The notes below the pieces were generated by a model. It searched no databases. It saw only the letters and a list, made by a program, of their open reading frames with translations, and was not told the origin of the DNA. A stretch of DNA of 64,000 nucleotides from Chlorokybus atmophyticus (Eukaryota > Plantae > Mesostigma and Chlorokybus algae): positions 1-64,000 of the forward strand of contig RHPI01003169.1 of the NCBI GenBank assembly GCA_009103225.1. Reading direction: 5' to 3'. The first letter of the stretch is position 1; each line of letters starts with the position of its first letter. The position numbers and the translations under genes were made by a program. Of this stretch, positions 53,123-63,541 are shown in pieces.

Positions 53123-53604
53123 TGCCAATTGTGCATGTATTGTAGTTTTGTGTTGGCTTCCTGTGAACCATGTAGGTACATGTATAGTTGCAGCATAGTG
53201 CAAGGTGCACCAGAGATCTGCTGTTGTTAGAAGCATTGGCTGTACATGTGTATGATGACTGCCCGGCGCATGAGTCAGTGCATGGCTTGCATACCTCGCT
53301 GGTTTAGAGCGTGGTTGACAGCAACAAACTCGGACAGCGCTCTGGGTTCCATGGCATGACAGCACAGTATTACTCTACGATCGTGGTAGTATGCGAGTAT
53401 CCTTGTACTGTAGTACCATTAACAGATAGAGTACCATTCATGTTGATGTAGTACCATGCATGGTACTGCAATAGCGTATCAGGTACAGTCGTGCTTCACT
53501 TGAAGTTTGACCCATTTAGGTTCGTAAGCTGGCAACCCTAAATTGATGCCCATACCCTAAAGTCTCGCTCAGTTTGTGGGCAGTTGTGCCGATTCCTATT
53601 TTGC

Positions 53605-55331
53605 ATGATGTCGGCGGCAGCAGTTGAATCACCCTCACCTAGGAGACCATGCTTGGTGTGCCCACAATGCAATGCGTACGTATGTGCCAATGGCCGTAGG
53701 CTGCAAATGCGAGCACACTTGATCGATTGCTAGCGAGTGCAGACAGTGTGCCACGATTTTAGTGCTGCTTGCTGGCATCACACCACACACAATGTCGACG
53801 TGTTTGGCTGCCGCCTCGGCCAAGTGCTGTGCAAGGAACCCGAGTTTTTCCATTGCGTGCAGTGCGTGTGCGAATCGTGCTCGCGCTCATGCTTCGAGTG
53901 GCGAGGGGAACCCATGCGCTTCTTCACATGGACAACACCGGGACATGTGGTTAGTGGACAGGTGGTGGATGCTGTGGAGGTAATCCACAAGAGTGGACCG
54001 CGACGTATCACTGCATGTTATGTTGGGCGTATGCTTATTTCATGCATGTTGAAGCTGTTGTCGCATTCAGAGCAGTCTTGCACGGTGTGGGCGTGGGCAG
54101 TTCCACCTGGCCGCTGTAGAGGAGGCAGACCATCGACCGCTGGACAGCGCACTGCATCGGCTGCGAAACGCGGTTAAGTTGAGATGCGAGCAGCTGATCG
54201 GTGTGAGTGTCATGGTGCATTGGCCGCTGGATGGGGAATGGTATGCGGGCGTTGTGGAATCATTCAAGCAAGCATCAGGTCAGCATCGCTTCGTGGCGTG
54301 CGAGATTGAGGACGCATCATATATGCATGGTGCAATGGAAAATGTCTTTGCAGGGCAGCACCGTATAGTATTCGATGATGGTGATCGACCACAAACCATC
54401 AACTTCAAAGGGCACAACGTATTCGCGTACACATCAGTTGACGGGGCACGCCATGTTCTGCGCGCCGGAGGGGAGAACGTCAGTCGCAATGTAAGCCCGG
54501 ACGGCATCATTGTTAGTCCCTGGCCAGCACCACGGCCAGCCTTGACCACATACACGCCATTTGACAACAAGCTGGGACGCACACGCAGACCAAGGGCACT
54601 CGACCTATTCTGCGGCGGTGGCGGTGCCAGTGTCGGTCTATACCACGCAGGCTTTGACGTGACCGGGATGGACATAAGTCCCTCCTCTGAGTACCCGCTG
54701 CCCTTCATACATCGCAATGTATGCACCCTGAGTGCAGGAGAGCTGAGCGAGTACGAGCTCATCTGGGCCAGTCCACCATGCCAAGCCTATTCAGGTGCTA
54801 TCCCGGCACCTCAACGGGCGGCACATGGCACATGCTGGAGACACCAGGATATGATACCGCTCGTCCGACGTCTGCTGCTTGCAAGCCAGGTCAAGTTTGT
54901 GATTGAGAATGTGCCAGGAGCAGCTTTCCGCATTCAGACCCAATCTGTCCCTTTGTGGCACGATGTTTGGCCTATCAACTTTCCGACACCGTCTGTTTGA
55001 GACATAGCCAGTGGTAGCTACCCCACCAGCACGCTGCTCGCACGCGGGCAAGGCAGTTGGACTGCTATCGCCGCACCTATCCGCTAGCGCGAAGAAGACA
55101 ATCGTGACATCAAACACGCCACAGCAGATGTACCCGGTCTATGGCCTTCCAAGCACCAGGGGCGGCATTGCTGCGTGGCAATCAGCGCTGGGAGTGCCAT
55201 GGATGACCTCGGCCGTTTTCATAGCGAATGCAGTTCCTCCCGAAATGGCGGAGGGCATAAGGCGTCTCATGCTTGAAACAATGGATATGCGCTGTGACTA
55301 TCCTCCTGTGTCATGGAACCATCAGGCTTGA
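53605..55331 (+). pseudogene. Transposon passenger: Cys/His-rich region, Tudor domain and phage/bacterial-type DNA (cytosine-5) methyltransferase fusion; 2 in-frame TAG and 1 frameshift
   Basis: Exons 53605-53961, 54101-54278 and 54354-55331. Tudor LIGVSVMVHWPLDGEWYAGVVESFKQASG|QHRIVFDDGD. MTase motifs: I LDLFCGGGG, IV ASPPCQ, VI IENV, VIII LCGTMFGLSTFRHRLFE, X NAVPP. Lesions: TAG 53731, frameshift ~54938, TAG 55005. Confidence 0.85.
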
Positions 55332-55534
55332 GTGTGGTGCACTGTATTGATGCTTAATGCCACACGGCGGACTGATTGTTGAATGTTGCATGGCATATTC
55401 GATTGTGGTGACAGTTGTGTAGTGACAGCTGCCCGGTATTGTACACGTCCACATGCAAAAGTCTTAGCATACGATTAGCAATGCCTAACTGACTGATATG
55501 CTCCAAACTCAGAGTAGTGAGACAACTACATGTG

Positions 55535-58500
55535 TCACGTGGAAGTGCAGTGAACGTTCACCCAATACTTGCCCTCTTGTACACGGGCGCTGTCCTTGTC
55601 AAACATGGGGAGCAGCTGGACAATGCCTTTTACTTGCTCCAGAGTCACGACATCGAGATGTGGACCGCCTCGACGCTTTTCCCATTCCAAAGCGATGCAC
55701 TTTGTGTCGCTCGTCACATCCAGCTTCGTGTACCAGCGGACAAACACGACCTCCTTCCACACGCGCTCGCCGCTACCACCCCACACCACCACGCGCAGAA
55801 AAAGGAGTGCCTGAGCCCACCACGTCACGTTCACACCGTCCTCATAACCTTCCAACTCAAGTGTAGAGATTCAAGGCCGCCCATGGAACATCCCAGTTGC
55901 GCGCGCCATGCTGACTCCTGATGTCATGTACACCGCTGCGCCTCCGTTTACCACGCGAACAGCACGCCACCCGTCGGCCAACTCCAGTTGTTCCCTCCTC
56001 AACCAGCTGTCCAGGGTGGTAGGCAGCTTGTCGGCGAATGGAGTCTTCAAGGCGACTTGGCGGCTACGCGCAAATCCGCTCCAGTACGGGCTGGACTCCC
56101 TCCTTGCCAGCACATCCATCCGTAGCAACTTGTCCGTCTTCTCCATGACGTTACAGCACTGCTGCCGCGCCTGCGCCATGACGGATCGCATCTCGGGATC
56201 CATGACCATGCCATCCTCTCTCACATATTCCGCACAGCTCCATGCCTTCAGGATACGTGCCTGGTAGTCCCGGCTGTTGCCACCACGCGCCCACCGTTTG
56301 ATATTTTGGGCGTGCGTCTGCTCCATGCGGTTGGCGCTGAACCAATCTGGGTGTCCACTGCTGACAATTACCGGCCCAAAATGAGTGAGCTGATGCATCT
56401 TCTAGATCTTCCAACCTGACTTCTGTGCAGAATATGACGACAGTAGTGGATGCAACACTGCAGCTTTGAAGGCAGCCAGCTCGTTGTCGGCTGTGGTCAG
56501 GGTCTCTCTTGTGTGTTCGTGCGCCTTGAGCAACTTCTTATTCCACTGGGCAAGCGATGCGGCAGCAATGGTGAAGACATCGTTGCCCTCATTGTCGAGC
56601 AGAAAATCGTCTGCGAGGACCGGCAGCAGCTGCAGCACCGCCACTCTCTCCACCATCTGGAAGAAGTGGTCGGACAGGAAGAAATCTACTGTGCTTGTGG
56701 GTGCCTTGAAGTGCGAAACCCACAGATTCGCCTTGCATACATTCAGCTTGTGCACATGTGCTCGTGAGCACGTGTCATTGGCTTTTGTGTTCAACACAAA
56801 AGCAACACCAAAGACGTGCCTGGCCTGCGGGATCTGTCTCGTGGATGAACGCGTTCGTTCCTTCGCGGCGTCGTACACAGCAGCAAGCAGGTGGTCAATG
56901 ATGCCAGCACATGCATTGCGTCAGGGGCAAGACGAGAGTAGCAGTCAGCTCCCGGCACCCGCGAGTGTCGCCAACCCCACAGTGCATTCTGTTGCCAAAC
57001 CACATTGCCTGGTTTCACGGAAAGCCATTCATCCTCACGAATGCCGATAATTTGACCATTACCTCCTCGACATGCATGGAGTGCTGCTCTTTAAAAGCCT
57101 TTGCTGTCTGGCGTGCATTCTTAACACCGCTATGCAGGTCCGCCCGCAGCTGACGTATTGCTGGTGTGTAGAAGGCCTCGGTTCTCAATTCCCGGTCCTC
57201 ATCCATCTCCAATATATCTGATTTGGTGACGAGACAAACATCGCAAGGATGTCGTGTTTGGTTGCCCGACACAGTGCGTGCGAGTGTGGCAGCCTCCTAC
57301 AACACGACAAACTCAGATGTTCTACTGACAACATCCTCCATGCACTGTGTGCTAGCAGGCTGCATCCGGTTACAACCATTCATGCCCACTACCTGCCAAT
57401 CGCTGATGTAGTTGGCAAGCGCGGGAAACACACGACGCTCGATACCATTCGGGTTGATGAGCTGCAGACCTTCCCAACTTGCCCGCTTCACATCCCCTAA
57501 CACTACATTCAAAGCGTCATGACAAATCTCACGTTTCCGAATGGAGAACGATTCCTTGCCCTGCGCCCAGGTGCGATGCCCGGCCACTGCGTGAACCACC
57601 GGAGAAGCGCTATCATAACAACCCCCATGTTGCTAGCATACATGTCCCAACTGTAGTTGGCAAGCAATGCCATCAGAGGGTAGCCAGAGCGCTTGCCCGC
57701 GCTGTCCAGCGTGGTCTTGTCACTGTACAGAATGGCAGGCGCCAAGTAGGACGCTTCCCCCACCTCTCTCCTCAAATCCACCTCCACATCCTTCCACCAA
57801 TCGCCCGTGGAAGGATGGCCAAAGCTGTGCTCGTCACCAGTGTACTGGAGATTGAAGCCATTGGCGGCATGTGGATTGCCATACAACCGCGCGAGCCATA
57901 CCTGCTCCGACCAAGAGCATTGCTTACTATGCTGGCCTCAGAATAGATACTGCATCGATACTGCATTAGGTTCTGCATTTCACAGATCTTGGCCGGCATA
58001 TATGTGACGCAGATGTCCTGATCCTTTGGGTCTCCAGGCTTGCGCAGGTCAGCCGTCACGTAGTTTTGATACGGCAGCACACTCGCATGTGCATATGTGA
58101 CATGGCTCTGATGGTTGAAGCACATGCACCGCACACCGTGAACACACCTAAGACTGAAAAAGCAATCGTGGTTCGGAGGTAGCTGGCCACATGCACACCG
58201 GTCTCCCACTGGAGCTCTTCCGTCAGGAAGTGTGCATTTCGGATGCACTTGATGATCCGCCCCATGTCGGAGGCCGACAGGCCTTGGCCGTTGTTGCACT
58301 GCACGAATGCCACTGCAAGAGCATGCTCCGAGCCATACCACCTGGATTCCGACGCGTGCGAAGGGACGCCTCCACTTCCATGTTGGCGTGCCACAGGTTT
58401 CTCAGGCACACGCACACATCGAAAGCCCTCGTTCACTTCCTCCTCCTCCTGTTGCTGCTGTGCGTGTGTCTCCTGGAGGAATCCTTCAGCATCAAGCATG

Positions 58501-58670
58501 TGAGCATCCTGGATCGAACTCCCCGGTTCAACATGACCCGCATCGTACTGTAATGGACGCTGGCCGACATACAGCTTGATCTGCTTGCACACCCTGCTGC
58601 TAATAATGTGCATGTAGACCGAGCTGCGTGTGGCGAAGCGCATGTGGCAATACGGACAAAGGACTCCCAT
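55535..58670 (-). pseudogene. Plavaka-type transposase, multi-exon, with a frameshift (~57601) and an in-frame TAG (56402)
   Basis: N-terminal Zn finger CPYC..HIISSRVC; GDWW..PAILYSDKTTLDSAGKRSGYPLMALLAN; HDALNVVL..GIERRVFPALANYISDWQE; CDVCLV; PDAMH; WKI*KMHQLTHFG..DWFSANRMEQTHAQNIK; VFVRWY..IVQLLPMF..YWVN. The motif order matches the Plavaka family as recalled; no HMM was run. Confidence 0.8.
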
Positions 58671-58737
58671 ATCTCACTACTAACGTCGACACAGGTGTCG
58701 CCAATGTAACCTGCATCATATCCAGCAACACGCACAC

Positions 58738-58769
<32 letters not shown>

Positions 58770-58978
58770 GCCACCGCCACCGCTACCGCTACCCTTGCAT
58801 GCCAGAGGCGGGAAACTTGGCCGCCAGTCACTGGCTCCGTCGTACCATTATAATGGTACGATCGAGCCATTGCACGTCCAGGGTGAGTCTCTGGATATAT
58901 ATATATATATATATATACATATATATTCTGATTAAACCGTTTCAATGGTACGAAGATGCCTTTGCCAAAAGGTATAGG

Positions 58979-59020
58979 CATTGTACAAAGGTACCATTGA
59001 AATGGTACCTTTGTACAATG
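58979..59020. repeat. Perfect palindrome, 20-bp arms and 2-nt spacer, between the transposase and ORF-R starts
   Basis: CATTGTACAAAGGTACCATT-ga-AATGGTACCTTTGTACAATG. Confidence 0.9.
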
Positions 59021-59201
59021 GCAATGGCAGTTCGTACCATTGACAACTCTGGCAATGTCAGTCCCCCTGCGCATGAAAACACCATTGATAGCTCCGCCAA
59101 GCTATGCCCTTACAGGGGCGTGATGCCGAGGGTATGTGGCGTTTGGAAGATCGTTGGCGGCGCTGCCAGGGGCGTAGTGGGCATTGTGGTCGAGGTCCGG
59201 G

Positions 59202-60205
59202 ATGAATTCCATGTTCGCACAGGGCGGGCAGGGTGCCGGAGGGGTGTCCTCGGTGTCAAACCCCACCAAGACTACCAAGGGCACATCCAATGACAACAGT
59301 GACTCGGGCGATATCTTACAGGGCTCCCCCTCCGAGTGGGCAAAGGCACACCACAATACCGCCTCTAAGAATATCCGACCCACCAGCAGCTGCGACCACG
59401 GCGACATGATTGAAGGGACCAAACAAGGCTGGCATAACCAAGGTGGGTTACGATGCACTGTCAATGCCACATGCTAGGGTTCTTTTATCTTGCACATGCA
59501 CAGCCTCAGGTATCTTGCACTTGACATACATTGTCAATACCACATGCACACCCTCATGCACAACCTCCAGTGTCATGCACATGAACAGCATGACCAATCT
59601 CGCAAATGCACAGCCTATTTCTACTTGCGGGAGCTCACAAGTCGCAAAAGAGAAGCTGCGGAGTCAAACGAACGGGTAATCCATGACCTAGTTTAATGTT
59701 CCCAGCGGTAATTAAGCAGTATGCTTGCAGATTGCCATGTTGGTCAGAGTGAACCAAGAGCAGCGCGGCAGCCTGACTGTCTGCCTGGCGGAGTGCAACA
59801 AAGCGGAAGACGAGGTAAGCGTGTGTATGCTGATGGGCTAGTCCTCTGGCAGTACGCCACTCTTACAGCATTACCAAATGCAGGTGGTCACTCTCAAAGC
59901 GACCATCAAGCGCATGCGCGTGCACGGCGAGGCGCTGACATTCAAGCTGAANGGAAGACGAGGTAAGCGTGTGTATGCTGATGGGCTAGTCCTCTGGCAG
60001 CACGCCACTCTTACAGCATTACCAAATGCAGGTGGTCACTCTCAAAGCGACCATCAAGCGCATGCGCGTGCACGACGAGGTGCTGACATTCAAGCTGAAG
60101 GACGAAGTAGCCGCTGTACTGTCAGCGAGCGAGGCAGCGGATGAAGATGACTCCGGCGTTGAAGCAGAAGACTCGTCGGAGGAGGAACAGGAGGAGGGGG
60201 TTTGA
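59202..60205 (+). CDS. Transposon passenger ORF-R, small multi-exon hypothetical protein (coiled-coil-like, acidic tail; start uncertain)
   Basis: Spliceable exons AYFYLRELTSRKREAAESNER | RVNQEQRGSLTVCLAECNKAEDE | VVTLKATIKRMRVHDEVLTFKLKDE..EEEQEEGV*. Confidence 0.45.
59805..60099. other. 147-bp direct duplication separated by a single N, probably an assembly join artefact
   Basis: 59805-59951 and 59953-60099 differ at 3 positions, with n at 59952. Confidence 0.75.
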
Positions 60206-60767
60206 GGAGGAGTTCTGAGGCAGGCACCACGGGTTGACAAGCTGCGCATGAGTCCGACAGCTAGACTCAATGTTATAAGGTAGTTTCATGCGCAAGTCGG
60301 CTGCTCAGTTGTAAGTGGACATACTCTCACCACTGCCCGTACATTGTATATATTGTGGGCTTTTAGGTGCAAGACCAAACAATCAGTCCAAGGTTTGTAC
60401 AAGCTGCATGGCATGTTAGTGTTGGCTTACGGCAAGAATTGCCAACTTTTGTCAAACGGCAAGGGTCACATATTAACAGCAGTGTAACGGCATCGAAACT
60501 GCCGGCTATTGCTGTCAGCTGTCCGTAACTACCGGCTAACGGCCGTCTATGCACATCGACCAAAGGGGTAACTGGTTGACAATTCTCGGCCGGTTAGTGC
60601 CACTGACAACCACTTTCGGCCCGCGGCCGTCTGCGTCAGTCCACTTAAGCCAACGGCACCCAATAGTCCAAAAGTAATATTTCGGGCAGCGACAGGCAGG
60701 CTCAGGCAGGCTCAAGCACCAGTCAGTCCCTCAGTCCTTAGCCAGTATCCGTGTAAAATTTGCGACG

Positions 60768-61230
60768 GTAGTCCCGAGACGGGGAGGGGATGCAAGCTGG
60801 TGTTGCGCGTGTTGAGGCTCGCGCAGACCATGTCACACTGCTGGCAGTCGCTGACGAACTCGCGCACCTGTTTGTGCACCCCATGCCACTATTATTGAGT
60901 CCTGACCAGAATAGCCGTGCGCTTGACATCGAAGTGTCCGAGCTCGGTGTAAAGGGCATCGATAATGCCTTCTCGTGCAGCTGGTGTTGGGACCTCCTTG
61001 TTCTCATTCTGTATCTGTTGATACGGTTTGTCGTCGACCCAGCGATAGCGCTAAGTGCGTTGACTGACGCGGTCCTTCTCGCGCGCGCTTATGCCTGTTG
61101 GAAATTTTCTAGTCCGGAGCAGTCGAAGGGATGGCTTGTTAAGCCAGATGTCCGATCGTGTGTTGGTGGGTGCCAACTCCTCATCGTCCACCTCAGGGTC
61201 GGTGCGAGCGCACCGGTAGAAATGGGTTTC
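60768..61230 (-). pseudogene. Ty3/Gypsy integrase N-terminal zinc-binding region (5' half of the split pol)
   Basis: Minus-strand translation DIWLNKPSL..EKDRVSQRT*RYRW..IIDALYTELGHFDVKRTAILVRTQ**WHGVHKQVREFVSDCQQCD..SLHPLPVSGL. Confidence 0.85.
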
Positions 61231-61736
61231 GGCAAATCAGGTTGAATCCGCAACTTTCCAATAGACAAAGCCGAACTTGAATTGCGGATTTTGCAAGAAT
61301 TATGACGGATCTGCATATATGTTGTAGCTGCAGCCGGAATTGTACTACCACCTGTCACAAACGGCAATCCGCCGGCGACGATCGTAAGTATCGGATCCCC
61401 AACAATGTTAAGAATTCGGTGTTTATGTGATCAAGGGTTCAGGCCGTGAGAAAAACGTGTGTAAGTCGCAATTACAGTTGTGACCAATTCGCTAACAATG
61501 CGTCTTTACTCCCTAACGCAATTGAGGACTCGACGATAACATCAAAATGCATTCAGGTTGCATGCTAAAGCTGTACACATCATCATTGAAATTGTGGCCG
61601 GTTCTATCGACGATACGCGACTTTATACTTAACAACCTTGGAACGCTATGATTGATCCTTCCATTCTTACAAACCATAATAATGTTACGACCTCATTATT
61701 GCCAAATTGCCGGTTCAACCCCGCAGCCTATTCAAG

Positions 61737-61777
61737 GCTTGCCCCGCGGCCTGCTAGTAGCAGGCCACGGGGCAAGC
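61737..61777. repeat. GC-rich hairpin, 20-bp arms with 1 mismatch
   Basis: GCTTGCCCCGCGGCCTGCTA-g-TAGCAGGCCACGGGGCAAGC. Confidence 0.85.
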
Positions 61778-62019
61778 TAGTAGAAGGCTGCGACATGCAT
61801 GTATAATCATTGGTAAACCGTAGTAGCACATGAGGTAAACATGTAAGGACTTGACCAGAACTCCGCAACCTTGCGCCAGCAGGTGACGCAGAGCGCATAA
61901 TGTAAACATTTGCCGGTAATCTCGCGCTGTGATTGGACAAAACGGCAAGTCGAACAAAGTCTCCCTCCCCAAGTTATTTTTATAGTAGAAGTAAAATCCA
62001 CCTTCACTTTTATCTTGTT

Positions 62020-62100
62020 GATACAAGTGGTATATATATATAAATACCGCGGTATATATATGTATATATAAAAATATATCTATATCTATATGTATGACCA

Positions 62101-62135
<35 letters not shown>

Positions 62136-62156
62136 ATTTGTATATATACATATACC
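62020..62156. repeat. AT-rich (TA/TATATG) microsatellite
   Basis: Read directly. A roughly complementary (TA/CATA) tract lies at 63421-63541. Confidence 0.85.
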
Positions 62157-62339
62157 GATAGTGCCGTTGTATGCAGCTGTTGGTGCATGCGTGATGCATG
62201 CATTGCGGCACGTGAGACAATATAAGGTAGGCGTGTTAGGTTATATGCTTTACAAACGCGTTGCAGGGTGTATCGTGTCGTCGTAGTCTAGCTGGTCCAT
62301 TGTTAGGTCATATAATGTTGCTTGCTAACCCAACAGGTC

Positions 62340-63250
62340 CTGCCGCGCAGATTCGAAACTCGGCAATGGAGAGACGAAAACCCGTGTGCACCTGTGGCTA
62401 TTTTGGTTTGATCATGCATTAAGTTTAATCCCCTTAATACATGATCCAACCCAATAATAGTACATGTGGATATTATTAAGTTCAAGAAAAGACGGATACC
62501 GAACTTAATGCACACCAGCTAATTGACCTTAATGACAGCTCGATATCAAACAAAGTTGTGGCTGCAGCCGCAAAGAGTGCAAAAATGGATATGTTGCTTG
62601 CATATGAATCCCTAATTAAGTTATAGCTGGATTTCCAATTCATTTATGGGCAAGGCCGAACTGTTGGGGGGCCATTTCTATCGGTGGCGCTTCCTCTGTT
62701 AAGGGGTCTGTGACGGTGACGGTAGGCCTGAGAAGGCATGTCCTCGTCTGCTGCTGCCTCAATGGCCTGGGTCTTGCGTCTTTAATGTAATGCAGCGACA
62801 GCGAACATGGCCGCTACACATGGAAGTGCGGCTGCGCAGCCGCACTTCCATGTGTATGCATGCAGCACCGGAAGAAATGGCCCCCCCAACAGTTCGGCCT
62901 TGCCCTCAATTTAAATGGAGATTTAGCTATAAAATCTATTAGAGAACCGCATGTAAGCAACGTATCGGATTTTGCATTTCACCTGCTGCAGCCACAACTT
63001 AGTTTGGTATCTGACTGCCATGAAGGTCAAGTAGTTCGTGTGCATTAAGTTCGATATGCGTCTTTTTTTGAACTTGGAAAAAGTCCACATCATGTACTAT
63101 TATTGGGTTGGATCATGTATTAAGGGGATTAAACTTAATGCGTGATCAAACCCCAAAATGTTAGGGCCACAGTTCGCGGCAAAAACCCAAACAGTCACAA
63201 CGCAACGGGATTTGCGCCTATGTTGCCGGGTTGCGAACCTGTGCGGATGT
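62340..63250. mobile_element. Non-coding foldback/MITE-like element with long inverted arms
   Basis: 62405-62515 is near-identical to the reverse complement of 63038-63152. Degenerate similarity extends out to ~62343/63247. A perfect 42-bp palindrome lies at 62815-62856 between the arms. Confidence 0.65.
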
Positions 63251-63420
63251 GCCTGCCGGGTTTGCAAGCAACGACCTATGACTTAAACCCTGACCGACAA
63301 GACTAACCACAAAATACATAGGATATCGAGCGTAACAGCTATTACTTTTTTAACTGCCTCAATTGTCTAACGTGCCGCAAGAATTGTTGCATGGATTGCA
63401 TGCATGGATATTGTAGTTAA

Positions 63421-63541
63421 ACGTACATATGTATATGTACGTATAACTACTATACATATATATATGCACATATACTTATGCATATACACAATATATACAT
63501 ATATAAATATATATACATAAATACATACATATACATACATA
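63421..63541. repeat. AT-rich (TA/CATA) microsatellite
   Basis: Read directly; followed by an 11-bp-arm hairpin at 63544-63575. Confidence 0.85.

Larger units (their letters stand above)
46012..60767. mobile_element. 14,756-bp Plavaka-type (CMC/EnSpm-like) DNA transposon with four passenger genes, nested in a Gypsy integrase
   Basis: TIRs CGTCGCAA (46012-46019) and TTGCGACG (60760-60767); GT duplicated at 46010-46011 and 60768-60769; the empty site reads in frame as LHPLPVSGL-LYRWG; internal Plavaka-like transposase. Confidence 0.85.

Noticed and set aside
53605-55331. Bacterial or phage contamination as the source of the methyltransferase
   Set aside because: The gene has spliceosomal introns, is fused to a eukaryotic Tudor domain and sits inside a TSD-bounded element within a eukaryotic retroelement.
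20402-56404. Alternative nuclear code (TAA/TAG = Gln, as in some ulvophytes) explaining in-frame TAGs in the transposon genes
   Set aside because: Host genes end at TAG/TAA in expected places (RPN2 KLKTA*, MAPEG, threonine aldolase), and the Gln-rich ANTH tail uses only CAA/CAG.
58628-59293. 221-aa ORF with poly-Arg and YI repeats
   Set aside because: An artefact of (GCC)n and (TA)n microsatellites in the transposase upstream region.
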